Source: a bacterium UBP1_UBA4783
Lineage (GTDB): Bacteria > Krumholzibacteriota > Krumholzibacteriia > Krumholzibacteriales > Krumholzibacteriaceae
Length of the DNA: 42,342 bases
Direction of reading: 5' to 3'
Assembly (NCBI GenBank): GCA_002403075.1
Contig: DHHB01000033.1
Coordinates: 198-42,539, forward strand
How positions within the stretch are numbered: the stretch's first letter is position 1; every line of letters begins with the position of its first letter. Below the pieces are notes generated by a model. It saw only the letters and a list, made by a program, of their open reading frames with translations, did not search any database and had not been told where the DNA came from. Shown here piece by piece: positions 39,016-42,342 of the stretch. The translations under genes were made by a program, and so were the position numbers.

Positions 39016-40026
39016 TCAGGCCCAACTCGAGAGGACGCCGCGGGGGAAGGTGTTGAGGGAGAGGCCGTCCGTGCGCCCGGCCTCGATGCGGTGCCGCGCG
39101 GCGCAGGCGATCATCGCCGCGTTGTCGGTGCAGTATTCGGGGCGGGGCCACGAGACGGGGACGTGGCGCTCGGCGAGCGCCTCGCTCATCCTTTCGCGCA
39201 GCCGGCCGTTCGCCGCCACGCCTCCCGCGAGGTAGAACCGCCGCACCCGCGCCTCGGAGAGGGCGAGAACCGACTTCTCGACGAGCATGTCGACGATCGC
39301 CTCCTGCGCGGAGGCGGCGACGTCCGCCGCTGCCGCGGCGTCGAGGGCGCCGAGCGACTCGACGCGCAGGCGCACGGCCGTTTTGAGCCCGGAGAACGAG
39401 AAATCGTACGTGCCGGGTCCGCGCAGGCTCCGCGGAAAATCGAACGCGCCGCGCGATCCCTCCCGGGCCGCGCGCTCGACCGCGGGACCGCCGGGGAACG
39501 GGAGACCGAGGAGCTTCCCGATCTTGTCGAACGCCTCCCCCGCCGCGTCGTCGCGCGTCGCGCCGACGAGCCGGTAGCGTCCGATCGCCTCCATGTGCAC
39601 GAGCTGCGTGTGCCCCCCCGAAACGACGAGCACGAGGGCGGGCAGGTCGAGCGGCCCCTCGAGCGCGTTCGCGAGAATGTGCCCCTCGATGTGGTGGATG
39701 CCCGCGAGCGGCACGCCCCCCGCGTAGGCGAGGGCCTTCGCGAACGAGAGCCCGACGAGCAGCGATCCGGTGAGCCCCGGCCCGTTCGTGACGCCGACGC
39801 CCGCGAGCTCGCCGGGACGGACGTCCGCCTCGGCCATAACGGCCTCGTAGAGCGGCATGAGGGTCCGCATGTGCGATCGCGAGGCGATCTCGGGTACGAC
39901 GCCGCCGTACCGCATGTGCTCGAGCTGCGCGGCCGTGCGATGGACGACCACGCCCCGCTCGCCCGAGTAGATCGCGCAGGATGTGTCGTCGCAGGACGTT
40001 TCGATGCCGAGGTAGAGGCGCTCCAT
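39016..40026 (-). CDS. tsaD: tRNA N6-adenosine threonylcarbamoyltransferase
   Basis: GIETSCDDT, GGVVPEIASRSH, HHIEGH, VSGGHT, DDAAGEAFDK, GGVAAN, TDNAAMI. Confidence 0.97.
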   Translation of the reverse strand: MERLYLGIETSCDDTSCAIYSGERGVVVHRTAAQLEHMRYGGVVPEIASRSHMRTLMPLYEAVMAEADVRPGELAGVGVTNGPGLTGSLLVGLSFAKALAYAGGVPLAGIHHIEGHILANALEGPLDLPALVLVVSGGHTQLVHMEAIGRYRLVGATRDDAAGEAFDKIGKLLGLPFPGGPAVERAAREGSRGAFDFPRSLRGPGTYDFSFSGLKTAVRLRVESLGALDAAAAADVAASAQEAIVDMLVEKSVLALSEARVRRFYLAGGVAANGRLRERMSEALAERHVPVSWPRPEYCTDNAAMIACAARHRIEAGRTDGLSLNTFPRGVLSSWA

Positions 40027-40031
40027 CGGGG

Positions 40032-40514
<483 letters not shown>

Positions 40515-40516
40515 TC

Positions 40517-42342
40517 ATGGCGAACGACACCGGCGGATTCCACGATCGACCGGGCGCGCCGGATGAGGCGGCGCTCGAGGCGCTCTTCGCGGAGCTCGGC
40601 TTCGCCGACCCGGCGAAGGCGGCCGGATTGTGGAGCCGCCTCGATCGCGCGGGCGACGCGCCGCCGGCGCACCCCGACCGGATCGCGGGCCTCCTCGAGG
40701 AGATAGCCGCGTCGGCGGACCCGGACCTCGCGCTCCTCAACCTCGTGCGATTCGTCGAGGCGACGATCGCGCCGGGGACGTTCTTCAACTCGTTCGTCCT
40801 CGAGCGGCCGATCGCCCGTCTCGCGGCGACGATATTCTCCTGCGGCACCTTCCTCGCCGACATCCTCGCGCGGAATCCCGGGTACCTCTCGTGGCTCATC
40901 GAGGGGCCGACGCTCGCGCGCGGCAAGGCTCACAGCGAATACCGGGCGGAGCTCGAGGCGCAGACCGCGCCGCTTCGCGATCCGCGCCGGCGCCTGAACG
41001 CCGTCAAGCGGTACCACCGCCGCGAGATCCTCCGCGTCGGCGCGCGCGATCTTCTCGGCCTCGCCCCCGTCGAGGAGGTGGCGGCCGAGCTCTCGTTCCT
41101 CGCCGACGCGGTCATCGAGACGGCCGTTTCCCTCGCCTTCGCCGATCTCGCGCCGCGGGAGGGGCTCTCGCCCGGAGGAGGCCTCGACGGCGAGGCGCCG
41201 CTCCGGCGCCTCGCGGTGATCTCTCTCGGCAAGCTCGGCGGCACGGAGCTCAACTATTCCTCGGACGTCGATCTCCTCTTCGTGAGCGATCCCGCCGGCT
41301 CGCCCCGGGAGGAGGTCTTCTACGCGGCGCTCGCGCGGCGCGTCGTCGAGATCCTGTCCGAGCCGACCGAGGAGGGCGCGCTCTACCGCGTCGACCTGAG
41401 GCTCCGTCCCGACGGAGAGAGCGGCCCGCTCGTCGTCTCCCTTGGCGAGCACCTCGCGTACCTCGAGCGGCGCGCGCGCCCGTGGGAGCGGCAGGCCCTC
41501 ATCAAGGCCCGCTACGCCGCTGGAAACCGCCGCGTCGCGGAGACCTTTCTCGACAACTGCGCGCGGGCGGTCTTCGGATCCCCCGCCGCGGGGGACCCGC
41601 TCGCCGCCATCCTCACGATGCGGGAACGCGCCGTGGCCGGCCTTTCGGCGGCGGAGCGCGAAGCGAACATAAAGCTCATGCCGGGCGGCATCCGCGATAT
41701 AGAGTTCATCGCGCAGGCGATGCAGCTCGTCCACGGGCGGGGCCGCCCCGACGCGCGATCGCGCAACACCCTCGAGGCGCTCGAACGGCTCGCCCACTTC
41801 GGGCTTCTCGGGGCGGAGGTCAAGGAGACCCTCTCTCGCGCCTACCGGCTCATGCGGACCGTGGAGCACCGGCTCCAGATGAGCCGCAACGTCCGCACGC
41901 ACACCCTCCCCCCGGGCGAGAGGGAGCTCCGCCTCGTCGCCGAGCGGGTCGCGCGGAGCGCGCTTCCGGGCGTGACGGCGGAGAACTTCCGCGCCGAGCT
42001 CGGCCGCGCCATCGTCGAGGTGCGGCATCTCTTCGGCGAATTCTTCCGCGGGAGCGCGCCGGGCGCCGTGCCGCTCATCCTCTCCCTCCCGCCCGGAGAC
42101 GCCGCCGTCGAGGAGCTTCTCGGCAGGTTCGGCGTGCGCGAGGGGGAGCGGGCGCACCGCGCGCTCGCGTCGCTCGTCTTCGGCGATTTTCCGAACATCG
42201 AGGGGGCGGACACGTTCGAGGCGGCCGCGGCCTCGCTCCCGAAGATCCTCGTCCGCGTCTCCGAAACCCCCGATCCCTCGCTCGCCGTGAGAAACCTCGT
42301 GCGGATCGTCAAGGCCGGCGGCGCCGTGAAATCGACGCTCGC
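40517..42342 (+). CDS. glnE: Glutamine synthetase adenylyltransferase, 3'-truncated by the window end
   Basis: Missing from the ORF track because there is no stop; hand translation from ATG 40517 gives GKLGGTELNYSSDVDL, YRVDLRLRPDG, WERQALIKAR, NIKLMPGGIRDIEF. Confidence 0.93.
   Translation, partial: MANDTGGFHDRPGAPDEAALEALFAELGFADPAKAAGLWSRLDRAGDAPPAHPDRIAGLLEEIAASADPDLALLNLVRFVEATIAPGTFFNSFVLERPIARLAATIFSCGTFLADILARNPGYLSWLIEGPTLARGKAHSEYRAELEAQTAPLRDPRRRLNAVKRYHRREILRVGARDLLGLAPVEEVAAELSFLADAVIETAVSLAFADLAPREGLSPGGGLDGEAPLRRLAVISLGKLGGTELNYSSDVDLLFVSDPAGSPREEVFYAALARRVVEILSEPTEEGALYRVDLRLRPDGESGPLVVSLGEHLAYLERRARPWERQALIKARYAAGNRRVAETFLDNCARAVFGSPAAGDPLAAILTMRERAVAGLSAAEREANIKLMPGGIRDIEFIAQAMQLVHGRGRPDARSRNTLEALERLAHFGLLGAEVKETLSRAYRLMRTVEHRLQMSRNVRTHTLPPGERELRLVAERVARSALPGVTAENFRAELGRAIVEVRHLFGEFFRGSAPGAVPLILSLPPGDAAVEELLGRFGVREGERAHRALASLVFGDFPNIEGADTFEAAAASLPKILVRVSETPDPSLAVRNLVRIVKAGGAVKSTL

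Overview
A high-GC (roughly 70%), gene-dense bacterial chromosomal segment, almost entirely on the minus strand. Most of it is housekeeping: cysS, M42 peptidase, ddl, gltX, ispF, ispD, mlaDFE, dnaB, family-4 UDG, coaBC, rpoZ, gmk, yicC, rqcH/NFACT, ispG, selB, murA, prmC, prfA, DUF1385, rpmE, rho, a TPR lipoprotein, priA, tsaD, glnB and a partial glnE. The gene order resembles FCB-associated lineages; this taxonomic guess is inference only. I found no rRNA, tRNA, CRISPR array or mobile element. The standout is a five-gene signalling operon (31035-38760) behind a good sigma-54 -24/-12 promoter. It encodes a REC-GGDDF cyclase, a sensorless histidine kinase, two paralogous GAF-HisKA-HATPase-GAF-HD-GYP hybrids (one membrane-bound with HD intact, one soluble with HD changed to YD) and a single-domain response regulator. 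This is a candidate self-contained kinase/cyclic-dinucleotide feedback circuit. Secondary points are an exosortase with a catalytically empty look-alike partner, an apparently leaderless rqcH, a long rho leader, selB embedded between murA and ispG, and an orphan secreted protein. Many start codons were re-assigned by hand because ORF-track entries are GC-driven over-extensions.
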